From: Octopus vulgaris
Lineage: Eukaryota
Length of the DNA: 64,000 nucleotides
Direction: 5' to 3'
Assembly: GCA_951406725.2 (NCBI GenBank)
Contig: OX597832.1
Coordinates: 21,762,001 to 21,826,000 of the forward strand
The notes under the pieces were generated by a model. The model ran no database searches. It worked only from the letters and a program-made list of their open reading frames with translations, and was not told where the DNA came from. The position numbers and the translations under genes were made by a program. This document shows positions 13,079 through 26,073 of this stretch, piece by piece; the first letter of the stretch is position 1, and the number at the start of each line of letters is the position of its first letter.

Positions 13079-13126
<48 letters not shown>

Positions 13127-13330
13127 TGTGTCTGTGTCTGTCCCTCTAGCATTGCTTGGCAACCGACGCTGGTGCGTTTACGTCCCCGTCACTTAGCGGT
13201 TCGGCAAAAAGAGACCGATAGAATAAGTATTGGGTTTACAAAGAATAAGTCCCGGGGGTCGATTTGCTCTACTAAAGGCGGTGCTCCAGCATGGCCGCAG
13301 TCAAATGACTGAAACAAGTAAAAGAAAGAG
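12899..13330 (+). mobile_element. SINE family A
   Basis: Family consensus. Confidence 0.9.
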
Positions 13331-13796
13331 AGAGATACGCTCAATATATTGCTTGTATATTGTTTACATGGAATTATGAGTTGTCACTGACGTCACTTGC
13401 TGTTTCTATTGCAATTTACTTTCATTTTTTTAGGACAATTTACTTTCACTTTTTTTTACAGCAGTAAACTGCATGTTAATCCTGTTATGAAACCTTGTTT
13501 CATTTTGTTGTTGAATTTTATAGTGTCGATTAAATAAGTACCAGTTACGCACTGGGGTCGATATCGACTTAATCCGTTTGTCCCTTCAGTGTTTAGCCAC
13601 TAGTGGGTAGTAAAGAAATGGGTATTTCGTCTGTCTTTACGTTCTGAGTTCAAATTCCACCGAGGTCGACTTTGCCTTTCATCCTTTCGGGTTCGATAAA
13701 TTAAGTACCAGTTACGCACTGGGGTCGATATAATCGACTGGCCCCCTCCCCAAAAATCTCGGGCCTTGTGCCTAGAGTAGAAAAGAATTCTCGTAA

Positions 13797-14033
13797 ATTT
13801 GCATGTTTCAGTCACTGGGTCTGCGGCCATGCTGGGGCACTGCGTTGATGGGCTTAGTCGAACAAATCGACCCCCAGTGCCTTACATATTTTTTAAAGTT
13901 TGATACTTATTTTATCAGTTTCGTTTGCTGAACCGCTAAGTTACGAGGACGTTAACAAACCAGCATCGGCTGTCAGACGGTGAGGGTGGGAGCAAGAACA
14001 AACACAAAGCACCGTACCAGCACGCACACACAT

Positions 14034-14067
<34 letters not shown>

Positions 14068-14185
14068 GTAAGACGGGCTTCTACGCATTTCTTTACCAAA
14101 TTCACTCACAAGGCATTGGTCTACCAAGGGTTGTAATAGAAGACACTTGCTCAAGGTGCCGCGCAGTGGGACTAAACTCAAAAAG
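13797..14185 (-). mobile_element. SINE family A, diverged
   Basis: Family consensus on the reverse strand. Confidence 0.75.
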
Positions 14186-14347
14186 CACGTAAGTTGCAAA
14201 ACAATAAAAAAACAAATCGCGCATGCGCACGGCTTATTATCGATTCTTGATCGAAGCACACCACGTAACCCGTTAGTGGTATTTTCAAAAAAGTTTTGCA
14301 AATTTGCGTTCCACACACTACACCTCGAACGATTAAGCAAAAAAAAA

Positions 14348-14885
14348 GGGAAAGACTTCCGCCAGTCCCCCCACTCCATTTTCTCCCAAGTTTGTTTATT
14401 TTCTAATTTTTTTTTTTGCGAAAAATCCCCGTTTTCGGATACGGAGGTTCCGGAAATTGCCAAAAGTTGGCATTGGGAAATTCCCCACTTCCGCCCAACT
14501 TCTTCAATTTTGATTCTTTTCCCCAACACTAACCCTAAAACCCTAACCCTAAAACCCTAATCGTAACCCTAAAACCTTAACCGTAAGGTCAGAAATGTTT
14601 TGAAATTTTTGTCCAAATCATGATGTCCGTATTTTTCCGAAAATATATAGAATTAAAAAATTTACAAAAATTTTTGGAAATTTTTTTCAGAATCATAATC
14701 TCCGTATTTTCCCGCATATTTAAAAAAAAAAACAAAATTCGGAAAAAAGTTTAAAATGAAGGAAATGGGTGTGGGAGTAATTTAGAAATATCGATTTTTG
14801 CCAATTTTTTGCAGTTTCATGTTCCTCGTAGCCGAAAAGTGGGGTTTGTGTCGAAAAAAAAAATTTTTTTTAAGGGTGTTTTTTT
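14348..14885. mobile_element. MITE family M2, inverted copy lacking one end
   Basis: Reverse complement of 11516-12056. Confidence 0.8.
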
Positions 14886-16571
14886 GCCAAAAAAAATCGA
14901 TTGAAATTTTTACCCCACCCCCATCCCTAAATCCTTACGGATGCTCAGCTAGACTTAACTCATATCGATCACACAGTTATGGAAGGTCTTGAGGTCGTGC
15001 TAGAAATTACAGTCAAATCTCCTTTTATTCACACATTTTTTTCGTCTGAAAATTAATTTGAAATTATTTGCAAGAAACAATTGCAGATTCGGACTGTCCA
15101 TGAACAGGAAAAAAAAATTTCGAAAAAAAAATTGCTTTGCATAACTGCATGTATTCCAGTGTGCAGAATTCAAATTCGTAAAAATTTTGAAAAAATTCCC
15201 CAAAATATAAAAGCTATGAGGGTTTATATGATTTTGCTTGGATCAGAATTCCACCGGTGTTGTAATATACGCAATACAGATTAAACGACCGTAAAATTGT
15301 ACAATAAAATAGAATTCTATGTAATTCTATACCTATTTATAACGACTGCTCTCAGATCGCACATCACTCAGCTGAAGAAGAAAAGTAACACAGGTGTAAT
15401 TCTACACCTGATTCTATAAGTCTTCTCTGATAACAAGAACCTGGCTATCGCTTTGTGAAAGTAGCAAAATTATGGGCTACATCGAAAACACTAAACATAA
15501 ACACGAAAATGAAACGAAACGAATCAGTCCACTTTCGTCTTGCGTGTAATATACTGAATATAAAATGTATTTATTAATGATGGTGGTGGCACTGTTGTGG
15601 AATATGTAAGCCGATAGACATCGTCTTATTTGGGTAGAAGAAGCATCCCGACTAACTGAATACCTCCCTGTTGTTAAGTGCATACCATTACGAAGAATTA
15701 GGGTATGTTGACGGCGGTGAAGAAAAATGGGGTTTTAGGGTTTCCTATTCTATCCTGCTGCTTGCTGATTAATTTAGATACTCGGGTTACAATACAACAC
15801 AGAGGGGGGAGCGAATAGAAAAGGCATCTTCACCGTGCTAAATAATATTTAAATAAAGCTTAATTAATATCCACCACAGGGGCATTGTAAATTGACGTAA
15901 TTATTTACTAATCACTGAGTGGGGCAAAATGAGTAATTTATGATTTTTTTTTTTTTTTTTTTTTTGTTATCTTTGTTCTATATTTTCTTTATTCTATTAT
16001 ATTGCTGTACTGCACCGTCATTTTGTGCTGTAGTATCGTCTTGAGAGTAAAAGTGGCCAGCATAGTTGTTGTTATTGTTGTTGAGAGAGTTTGGAACATA
16101 ATCAGGTGACAGGTATCGTTTTTTTTCTCAAAAAAATTTTCCTCAACTTTGACCCGGTTGTAAATAAGGTTGCTAATAAAATATCTGGATAATTTTTGAA
16201 GTTTAACGATCAATATTCTTTTCTCTGCTGGATTCAAAGTCAATTTTCCACCCCCACACTAATGTCTAATTTGATAATTTTCAATTTAAAAAAAAAAACG
16301 GTGTTTAAACTGAGGCAAAATAAGTCATAACTAACTTCAATATTTCGTTTTTGGATTTGGTTTGCAAGATTCTTTATATGAATTCGTGTGTTGAAGCATA
16401 TTCTGTTGTGTCTGCGGAGAATCATTCTCTTTTAGTACCTTATTATTCAACACACTCACCGGTGAAATTTCCACGAGAATGACTCTCCCCAGACACAACA
16501 GAATAACTTCAATAATTTCCTCTCTTTTAAAATATATCGGGAAGAGATATATTTCTTCTCTGTGTAAATAT

Positions 16572-16836
16572 GTGGAGGCGCAATGGCCCAGTGGTTAGAG
16601 CAGCGGACTTGCGTAGGATCGCGGTTTCGATTCCCAGACCGTCGTTGTATGTGTTTATTGAGCGAAAACACCTAAAAGCTTCACGAGGCTCCTGTTGTAT
16701 TCTTTCGCCACAACTTTCTCTCACTCTCTCTTCTTGTTTCTTGAGTAACGCTGCGATGGACTGGCGTCCCATCCAGCTACAGAAACCAGGAAACCTGGCC
16801 CATGAGCCTGGCTAGGCTTGAAAAGGGCGAAACTAA
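16572..16836 (+). mobile_element. SINE family C (tRNA-derived) with 12-bp TSD
   Basis: A box TGGCCCAGTGG, B box GGTTTCGATTCCC; TSD CTGTGTAAATAT; second copy at 48281-48490. Confidence 0.8.
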
Positions 16837-17086
16837 CTGTGTAAATATATCGGGAAGAGAACCACTCCAGTGGATCGCGAAGAAGCTACAGAGAATATTT
16901 TGAGTTTTTTTCTTTCTTTTTTATTTAGTCAGAGTTTAGTTAATTTCATATCATGTGCCATTTTTCCGTGACCCTCTTTCATTTGGTTGCATTTCTGATC
17001 TTTCTGATGTCTAAGGATGGATATTGATATATACGTATACGATCCTCTTTTCAAATGTAAATCTGGGGAACTGAAGAGGCAAATTT

Positions 17087-17393
17087 GGGATCTTTTCCCT
17101 TTGAACGGCAGATCGAGAACTTAATTTTTTGTAACTAAACACTTTCAAACCTCGGATACTGGTAGAATGTGTCATATAAAAGTGTCATCTTTTACTCTTA
17201 GCGTTTTTGAGAAAAGTTCATATTTACGAAGTTATTTCGTGTTAAAGTTGTCGTATTTCGGTAATTTCAACCAATCAATGACGTGTATTCAGCTGAATCA
17301 AATTACTGCCGTTGTTTGTCAACAACAACTATCGGCGGTGTTTAGTTACAAAAAATTATTTTCTAAATCTACCGGTCAAAAAGTAAAGATCCC
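17087..17393. mobile_element. M1-related MITE with 6-bp TSD AAATTT
   Basis: GGGATCTTT...AAAGATCCC termini; TSD at 17081-17086 and 17394-17399. Confidence 0.8.
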
Positions 17394-17442
17394 AAATTTG
17401 CCTCATCTTGGCTTACTCATTTTGTCCCAGCTAAATTTGTCT

Positions 17443-17866
17443 TGGATCTTTTCGGTTTGAACGGCAGTTTTTTTCTAGCAGTGTCATATGAAATTGTCAC
17501 CCATAATTATGACCCTAGTATCGATCAATTGCATTTCAATCTGTTTTAGGGTTAGGGTTAGGAGTGGGGGAAGGTTATCTTTTTTTTTTTCTTCAGAAAT
17601 GTAAATAAACCCAATCTGTTTCATAAACGAGGGACATATTCATATGGCACAGAATGTTTTCACCTCAATAGACGTCATTGATTGGTTGAAATTTCAGAAA
17701 TTGAAGAAACAAAAACAACAAATATCTTACAAACTATAGAATTTTCTCAATAAAGCCAAGAGAAAAAGATGTTTCATAAACACATTCTACCAGTATACGA
17801 AGTTTAAAAGTGTTTAGCTACGTGGAAATTATTTTTAAAAACTGCCGTTCAAACCGAAAAGATCCA
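17443..17866. mobile_element. MITE family M1 copy
   Basis: Near-identical to 4698-5150. Confidence 0.85.
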
Positions 17867-18064
17867 GGTCATATATTTAGCTGGTATAGTTTTCGTAAGG
17901 TAGCGAACAAGTGTAAAAGACATGTTTCTTCTCAAAGTCGGAAATACAGTAAAAACTCCTCATTGTGCCTCCACCCTATAATTCTTTCTGCTATAAGCAG
18001 AAAGCCTGAAATTTTGTGGGTGGTTGGCTAACCAATTATATTGACCCCAGTACTCGACTGTTAC

Positions 18065-18452
18065 TACAAACAATAACTAACCATCTTACAAACAATAACT
18101 CTGAGCACCTTTTCAGACTCCATCTGTCTAACACCTGTGGACATGTTTACAAAGTCAGAAAACAGCACAGCTCCCATGACTTTCGGAAACATTTTTTCAC
18201 GCCAAGAGTTGCTGAAGCATGGAACAAACTGCCGGCATCAGTTGTTAGTTATCGGAGCACTGCATCCTTCAAAACTTCTATGCTTCCTGAGATTCGCCAA
18301 CACTACACCTGATCTTCTCCCCTCCATACACACACGCAAGCATGTATCTGACTCATACACTGTTCACTTTCCAGACATTTGTACATTACTGCATATACTT
18401 TATACGCACTTTTGACAAGTTCTGGTGCACCTGGGCACTGTATACAATGATT

Positions 18453-18495
<43 letters not shown>

Positions 18496-18540
18496 TTTAT
18501 CATATTGTTATTATTATTATAATCATTATTATTATTTTAC
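18065..18540 (+). mobile_element. CR1-type LINE 3' end with (ATT)n tail
   Basis: GHVYKV...RKHFFTPRVAEAWNKLPASVV...SFK is a CR1 ORF2 C-terminal motif. Confidence 0.85.
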
Positions 18541-18546
18541 CATATC

Positions 18547-18940
18547 GCAGGAGTGGCTGTGTGGTAAGTAGCTTGCTTACCAACCACATGGTTCCGGGTT
18601 CAGTCCCACTGCGTGGCATCTTGGGCAAGTGTCTTCTGCTATAGCCTCGGGCCGACCAAAGCCTTGTGAGTGGATTTGGTAGACGGAAACTGAAAGAAGC
18701 CCGTCGTATATATGTATATATATATGTGTGTGTGTGTGTTTGTGTGTATGTGTTTGTCCCCCTAGCATTGCTTGACAACCGATGCTGGTGTGTTTACGTC
18801 GCCGTCACTTAGCGGTTCGGCAAAAGAGACCGATAGAAAAAGTACTGGGCTTACAAAAGAATAAGTCCCGGGGTCGATTTGCTCGACTAAAGGCGGTGCT
18901 CCAGCATGGCCGCAGTCAAATGACTGAAACGAGTAAAAGA
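18547..18940 (+). mobile_element. SINE family A
   Basis: Family consensus. Confidence 0.9.
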
Positions 18941-19227
18941 GTATCGATTCCGAAAGGAAAATCGATGTATCTGTAGTAGTAGTGTACTGACGTCGTTGGT
19001 ATCGTCTAAGCCCCATCTCTTCAAAATTACTGGCACTGTCTCCTAAATTAGTCATCGTTATATAAATAGGTATATAGCATTTTTGAAAAAATTGGGAAGA
19101 ACATAATATACCAAAGTAAACAGATAAACAAGAAGGATTAACTTAGAATATAAGCTGGAAGAAATATCGCTAAGCATTTTGTCTTTGTGGTTAAAGATTA
19201 GAAAGGAAGAAAAACCAGAAACAAATC

Positions 19228-19605
19228 CTTGTTTCAGTCATTTGACTGCGGCCATGCTGGAGCACCGCCTTTAGTCGAGCAAATCGACCCCAGGTCTTAT
19301 TCTTTTGTAAGCCCAGTACTTATTCTATCGGTCTCTTTTGCCGAACCGCTAAGTGACGGGGACGTAAACACACCAGCAATGCTAGGGGGACAAACACAGA
19401 CACACAAAACACACACACATACATATATATATATATACATATATACGACAGGCTTCTTTTTCCGTCTACCAAATCCACTCACAAGGCATTGGTCGGCCCG
19501 GGGCTATAGCAGAAGACACTTGCCCAAGATGCACGCAGTGGGACTGAACCCGGAACCATGTGGTTGGTTAGCAAGCTACTTACCACACAGCCACTCCTGC
19601 GCCTA
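19228..19605 (-). mobile_element. SINE family A
   Basis: Family consensus on the reverse strand. Confidence 0.9.
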
Positions 19606-20070
19606 TTCATTCCGTGAATGAATAATTAAATACACTCCTTCAATTATACCCCACACCAGGGGGAAACTGATATTCCCTCTCAAAATTGTTGGAGACACCC
19701 CAAAACACTCGTGGCATTACTTGAAGGTGAGGCAGGCACCCTGCCAAGCATCATCTTGATATGTCAGGCGGGACGCTAAAGTAGTCGAAAACGTCCTTGT
19801 CAGCGCTCCAACAACCCAGCAAATTCTCCAAACACTCAGACAGAGCAAAGAGGAATATGATTTACTGACAGATTACAGTATTTTCAGTGCCTTTTTCTGT
19901 TCAGATAGGAATGTAGTAACCCCATATCGCTGCTGTAGCGTTACCTATTTACCTGTCCTATGAATCACCTTTGATAAACAGGACATATTTTCCTGGCGTC
20001 TATGCATCGTATATGATACACTTTACCACATTTTTGTGTTTTTTTCGACCACCGAAATAACATGTCCTAT

Positions 20071-20290
20071 CTACATACTTATAGCTAACAGCAGCTTCAA
20101 AGACTGTTCTGACGAAGTAGAAATAGTATATTTTACAGCTGAATAAAATACCTTTCGGGTTGATAAAACTGTGAAAACATTAGACCTGGCAGTATTTATG
20201 CCAGCTCTTTGCATTTCGAGTTTAAGTCTCGCCATGGACTGCTTGGTGGGTAACTTTAATCCATTGCTGTTTAACACCATCACCCGGTTC
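20071..20290 (-). pseudogene. Degenerate tyrosine-recombinase C-terminus of a DIRS-like retrotransposon
   Basis: PTKQSMARLKLEMQRAGINT...VFTVLSTRK resembles DIRS YR SKQTLARWIK..M..AGIDT..F.AHSTR, as recalled. Confidence 0.45.
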
Positions 20291-23077
20291 CTTGTGTGCC
20301 TTTTGCGGAGTTCATTTTGTTGCCAGCATTTAGACCAATTTTCTCGTTTGAAAATATTCTCCTTCCATCCTACAAAGGTTCGGTGTCCCTGTATGGAGTT
20401 TGGGCACTACCTTCTTCCCTGATTGAATAAGAAAAAGAAAATTCAAGATGTTTTGGGTATGAAATGAGGGATATTTTGTTGCTATTTCTAGTGTGTGACA
20501 CAGCCATGTAGAGGTTTCCTCATTGGCTTGAAATTGTTAAATGTCCTAAGCGCTAGTGTGGCTACAGTGTGTGCCGCCCTTTTTCCGTTTTCCATCCCCG
20601 TACCCCACAAGAAACACATACTGCCTAAAACAGACCCAAAAGTGGTACCCCTTTAAAAGTGCTACGCTAGTGGTTCTAAGTGTTTAAAAAAAAATTAATT
20701 ACCGTGTTTGATGGTTTACAAGATGCACTCACCTCACTTCAAGAAAAAAGTCCCCAAAAATACAAAAAAAAAAAAAAATCGCCGTGGATTCCATATGCAA
20801 ATTTGGACCCGCATTACATGTTTTAATACTTTAAAAACTTTTATTCCTGAGTAAGTACAGCTGAAATCAGGGTACGACTAATATACCCGTGCGTCTTTAT
20901 GCTGTCAACTACGCCATATAATATATTAGTTTCAGTTTTTGGGGCACTAGGCCAGCAAGTTCGGAAGACGGGCTCAATCGATTACATTAACCCCCAGTAC
21001 TCAAATGGTACTCACTTTATCGAGGTCGAGAGGATGAAAGGCAAAGTCAACCTCGACGGAATTTGACTTTAGAACATAAATACGGATGAGATGCTGCTAA
21101 GCATTTCGCCCGACGTCCGAACAATTCTATCTGCTTTCGAATTCTGCCAAGGTAAATTTCGCTTTCCTCCTGTCTGCGGTTTGCTAAAGTTCAAATCAAT
21201 CGGGAACTTCACCGTGCTAAATAATATTTAAATAAAGCTTAATTAATATCCACCACAGGGGCATTGTAAATTGACGTAATTATTTACTAATCACTGGGTG
21301 GGGCAAAATGAGTAATTTCTGATTTCTTGTTATTTTTGTTCTATTTCGAATTCTGCCAAGGTCAGTTTTGCTTTCCTCTTGTCTGGGGTTCGCTAAAGTT
21401 CGAATCAATCGGGAACTTGTTGGAAAGGGGATCAAAACGATCTTTATAAACAAGAGGGTTTTAACGTTTTGATTAAAAATTTCGGGCTTGTTTCCCCTCT
21501 TTGAGATAAACAGAATTAAACCGTGCAGCTAATTGTTCTTTCACCTTGACACAGATATCTATGTAAATGTTTTGTCTCATTACATTAAGAAGAAAAACAC
21601 ACACTTCACTGTGTAACTTCATCGCAGAGTATGTCCCAAGGCAATTTTTTTCTCTTTACTCTTGTCTAGTAATATATTCCAAACATTTAAATAAACATCC
21701 ATACACTAAATTTTTATTTACATTTTTAAGTTTATTTTCTAACACAAATACAAGGCCTAGAATTTTTCTTTCTTTTTTTCTTTTCGTTCTTTGTTTGTTT
21801 TTTTTTTTTTTGCAAGAAATGGCTTCGTATTTGATGGCATAAAAGACGCACTAGACGTAATCAGACGCACCACAATTCCAGAAGCGCATTTTCAGGAAAA
21901 AAAAATTTTTAGTGCATTAAAGCTTATGGGAGGCCCAACTAAGCAACATAGGAACCAGAAATGGATCTTTTTCGTTTTCTTCCAACAACACCTCTTACTC
22001 AAAAAATTTCCAGAAAATGTACTTTTGATATAGGTTAGCAAAGCTGATGACGAATGGCGCTGTTATTATTTTGGAAAATCTTTATATATAAAAGTCAAGT
22101 TGTGTGTCTGTCTCCTATGATTTAGATTCCTAACTACTCCCACATTTTGCGGTGCAGTTTAACCAAAAGCGCATTTCATAAGCGATATATTTAATCAAGA
22201 TCATCGCACCCCACTCTCGACTGACCGATTTTAATTTTAGGGAACTCAAACGGATGAAAGGCAGCATTTGCCTTGGCAGGAACACAATAAGATGTATGGT
22301 GTAATTAATATACTGTATTGTTAATTATTTACTGATTTCAAGCCAGCGTAGAAGCCTCTTCGTGGTGTCTCCATTTGTTAGAAATAGCAGCCAAATACTC
22401 ACAATCGCCTTGAAATGCGGGCAAATACTCACAATCACCTTGAAATAATGTCAACCTACATATTTCTAAAAAGACAGTGTGTGGTCGTTGTTGGAATGTC
22501 TTTCGTCATAGGTGTAGCCAAAATAAAAACTAAGACAGAGTCCTAGAATAGCGTCCTATATAGAGACAGTCCTAGATTAGTAGTCTAAATAAAGATAGCA
22601 TAGTCTTAGAATAGCATCCTAAATAGAATTGCAGATTAGGGTCCAAAACTAATATTCTAAATATAGTTACATCTCTGAATCTTAGCATAAAGTTCTAAAT
22701 GAAACTGCTGAGTAGGATCCTAGAATAGCATCCCCCACAAAAATGAAAAGGTGTGTTCTAGATTAGTGTTGTAAATAAAGTTGAGTAAAGTCCTATTATA
22801 GGACTTCAAGGATGCTAACACACAATTCTATTTAGGACTCTAATCTAGGAATCACAATCACAATCCATGTGCCGTATTTGTTTGCACACAGTTTCTCTCT
22901 ACCCAGGGTTGTAAGAAATAGAAAGTTGTGTGCAGTTGGTGTCATTGCTTTTAAATTTCATTTCTAGAAAGATTATCACAGGGTGCAGGCATGGTTGTGT
23001 GGTTAGGAAACTCACTTTACAACCACGTGGTTTTGAGTTCAGTCCCACTGCACAGCACCTTGGGCAAGGGCCTTCTA

Positions 23078-23492
23078 CCTATTTCTTTACTACCCACAAG
23101 GGGCTAAACACAGAGGGAACAAACAAGAACAGACAAACGGATTAAGTCGATTACATCGACTCCAGTGCGTAACTGGTACTTATTTAATCAACTCCGAAAG
23201 GATGAAAGGCAAAGTCGACCTCAGCGGAATTTGAACTCAGAACGTAGCGGCAGACGAAATATCTATTTCTTTACTACCCACAAGGGGCTAAACACAGAGG
23301 GGACAAACAAGGACAGACAAATGGATTAAGTCGATTACATTGACCCTAGTGCGTAACTGGTACTTATTTAATCGACCTCGAAAGGATGAAAGGCAAAGTC
23401 GACCTCGGTGGAATTTGAACTCAGAACGTAGCGACAGACGAAATACCACTGAGCATTTCGTCCGGCATGCTAATGTCTCTGCCAGCTCGCCA
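23078..23492 (-). mobile_element. SINE family B tandem dimer
   Basis: Two head-to-tail units of about 185 bp. Confidence 0.82.
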
Positions 23493-23821
23493 CCTTCTAC
23501 CATAGCCACAGGCCAACCATTACCCTAGGAGTGAATTTCATTAATCAAATCTGAAATAAGCCTCTCATGTATGTGTGTGACTTTATGTTTGTTCTCCAAC
23601 AACCAGAGTTGGTTTGTTTAATGGTTCAGTGAGAAAGGCCTCTCTCCATTGGCTTTTCATTTTTTAATATTTTTTTACTTGTTTCAGTCATTTGGTTGCG
23701 GCCATGCTGGAGGGTTTTAGTCAAATAAATCGACTCCACAACTTATTCTTATTATTATACAACTTCCCAGGTTCTGCTAGCTATGAAACATATGTAGCCT
23801 GGATTTTATCTACTCTGATCC

Positions 23822-23880
<59 letters not shown>

Positions 23881-23915
23881 AGTGTGCAGTTATATATATA
23901 TATATATATATATTT

Positions 23916-23959
<44 letters not shown>

Positions 23960-23961
<2 letters not shown>

Positions 23962-24338
23962 CTCTTTTACTTGTTTCAGTCATTTGACTGTGGCCACGCT
24001 GGAGCACTGCCTTTTAGTCGAGCAAATCGACCCCAGGACTTATTCTTTGTAAGCCTAGTACTTATTCTATCGATCTCTTTTGCCGAACCACTACATTACG
24101 GGGATGTAAACACACCACCATCGGTTGTCAAGCGATGTTGGGGGTACAAACACATACACACACATACATATATTATATATATACGACGGGCTTCTTTCAG
24201 TTTCGCTCTACCAAAACCCCTCACAAGGCTTTGGTTGGCCCGAGGCTATAGTAGAAGACACTTGCCCAAGGTGCCACGCAGTGGGACTGAACCCAGAACC
24301 ATGTAGTTCGTAAGCAAGCTACTTACCACACAGCCACT
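23960..24338 (-). mobile_element. SINE family A
   Basis: Family consensus on the reverse strand. Confidence 0.88.
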
Positions 24339-24471
24339 TGGCCTGTTGACCTGTGCCTGACAGCCACGATTGTGGCCTGTTGTGCTTTATATGGTAAAAA
24401 AAAAATCAAATAATTTAAATTAAAAATTTTTTTATGACGCAATTAAATTTTTTCTTTCTTTCATTTTCCAG

Positions 24472-24569
24472 TATTTATACCAAAAATGCAAACGGAATGA
24501 AAACGGTGTCATTACCTGGAAGGAATTCATAACCAGAGTACGGAAAGTACTTAGGCAACGACATTACGG
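24472..24569 (+). CDS. Calmodulin-like EF-hand protein, internal exon (YLYQKCKRNENGVITWKEFITRVRKVLRQRHYG)
   Basis: Long polypyrimidine tract plus ccag acceptor; GG|GTAAAA donor; phase 2 joins the next exon; degenerate EF loop xxNENGVITWKEF. Confidence 0.82.
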
Positions 24570-24650
24570 GTAAAACAATTTGATTTTCTACATGTTTTTT
24601 GAAATTCACCATCATTTAGCATCCGTTTTCCATGCTGGCATGGGTTAGAC

Positions 24651-24829
24651 CAGTGGTTCCCAAACTATGAGTTGTGAACGGGATCTTAGTGGGTCGCAAA
24701 AAGTTATAAAAGTACGCATTAGCTTTGATTAACTGCTGTCTATCGAGATAGTTTAAGACTATAAGTGGGTCGTCATAAACTGGTGTGATAGATAGTTGGT
24801 CGCAACTCTAAAAAGTTTGGGAACCACTG
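24651..24829. mobile_element. hAT/Charlie-like MITE with 8-bp TSD GGTTAGAC
   Basis: CAGTGGTTCCCAAACT TIRs; perfect TSD. Confidence 0.9.
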
Positions 24830-25315
24830 GGTTAGACAATTTGATTGGAACTGGTAAAGTGGAGAGCTGCCCCAGTCCCCAGTCTTATTTGGTTGGGTTT
24901 CTACAGCTGGGGGCCCTTCCTAATGCCAACCACTCCAGAGTGTACTGGGTGCCTTTTAGGTGTCACAGACACTGACCATGACTACAATTTCTCTTGGCTT
25001 GGTGTGTATCCTTTGCCGCTATGATAATGATAATTGCTTCAAGTTTTTGGTACAAGGCCAGCAATTTCATCAGAAGGGGTTTAGTCAATTACTTCAACCC
25101 CAGTATTTAACTGGTACTTATTTTATTAACCCCCAAAAAGATGAAAGGCAAAACTGACCTCAACAGAATGTTTTTTGTTTTTCTTAGTTTTTAAATGTTT
25201 TTAATGTTTAGGCTGTGTGGTTAAGAAGCTCACATTGGAACCATGTAGTTTCAGGTTCAGTCCCACAGCATGGCACCATGGACAATATCACCATGGACAA
25301 TATCACCATGGACAA

Positions 25316-25525
25316 GGCAGACCGTCACCACACCAACTTCAATTTTTTTTTTTTTTTTCCTGCAGAAACCCATATTTCGGCTACAGAGATTTCTGAATCT
25401 GAAATTTCGAAATGCCAATATTTTTTACAGATTCAGAATTTCCATAGCCAGAAACATGGGTTTCTACAGGAAAAAAAGAAAAAAAAAAAAAAAAAAACCA
25501 GAAGTGGGTGTGGTGACGGTCAGTC
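25316..25525. mobile_element. Small palindromic MITE nested in a family A SINE
   Basis: TIRs GACCGTCACCACACC.ACTTC / GAAGT.GGTGTGGTGACGGTC. Confidence 0.7.
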
Positions 25526-26073
25526 AATATTTCTTCCACTATAGCCCTCAACCAACCAATCCCATGAGAGGGAATTTGGCAGATGGAAACTGTGAGGAAG
25601 CCCATCATACATATATTTGTGTGTGTGTCCACTATCCCTACAGAATCAGTATTAGTTTGTTTACATCCTTGTAACTTAGCAGTTGCAAAAGAAACTGATA
25701 AAGTCCCAGACTTAAAAAAAAAAAATAAGCACAGTGGTCAGTTTGTTTGACTAAAACCCTCAGACCATTGCTCCAGCATGGGCACAGTCCATTGAGTGAC
25801 ACAGGTAAAAGATATGTGTCAGTTCTGATTTTGGTTTTCTCATTTCATATAAATTATGAAGTGGTTGGCATTAGGAAAGGCGTCCAGTTGTAGAAATCAT
25901 ACCGAAATGGACGCTAGAGCCGGATGCAGTCCTTGGACATATCAGATCCTGTCAAATTGTCCGATCCATGCCAGCATGGAACATGGACATTAAATGATGA
26001 TGATGATGATGATGATGATGATGGTGGTGGTGCTTTTATATTTAAACATTTTTTTCTTTTTTTGAAATTCCAG

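Noticed and set aside
15989-16425. Minus-strand peptides with RHN and LDISV motifs suggestive of a restriction-like LINE endonuclease
   Set aside because: Too degenerate; no CCHC knuckle or PD motif, and the RHN lies within a local inverted repeat.
21791-22033. ORF after a poly-T tract and AG as a candidate EF-hand gene exon
   Set aside because: Sequence matches a pogo-like MITE end (GGCATAAAAGACGCAC, related sequence near 8400 and 20890); no EF-hand similarity.
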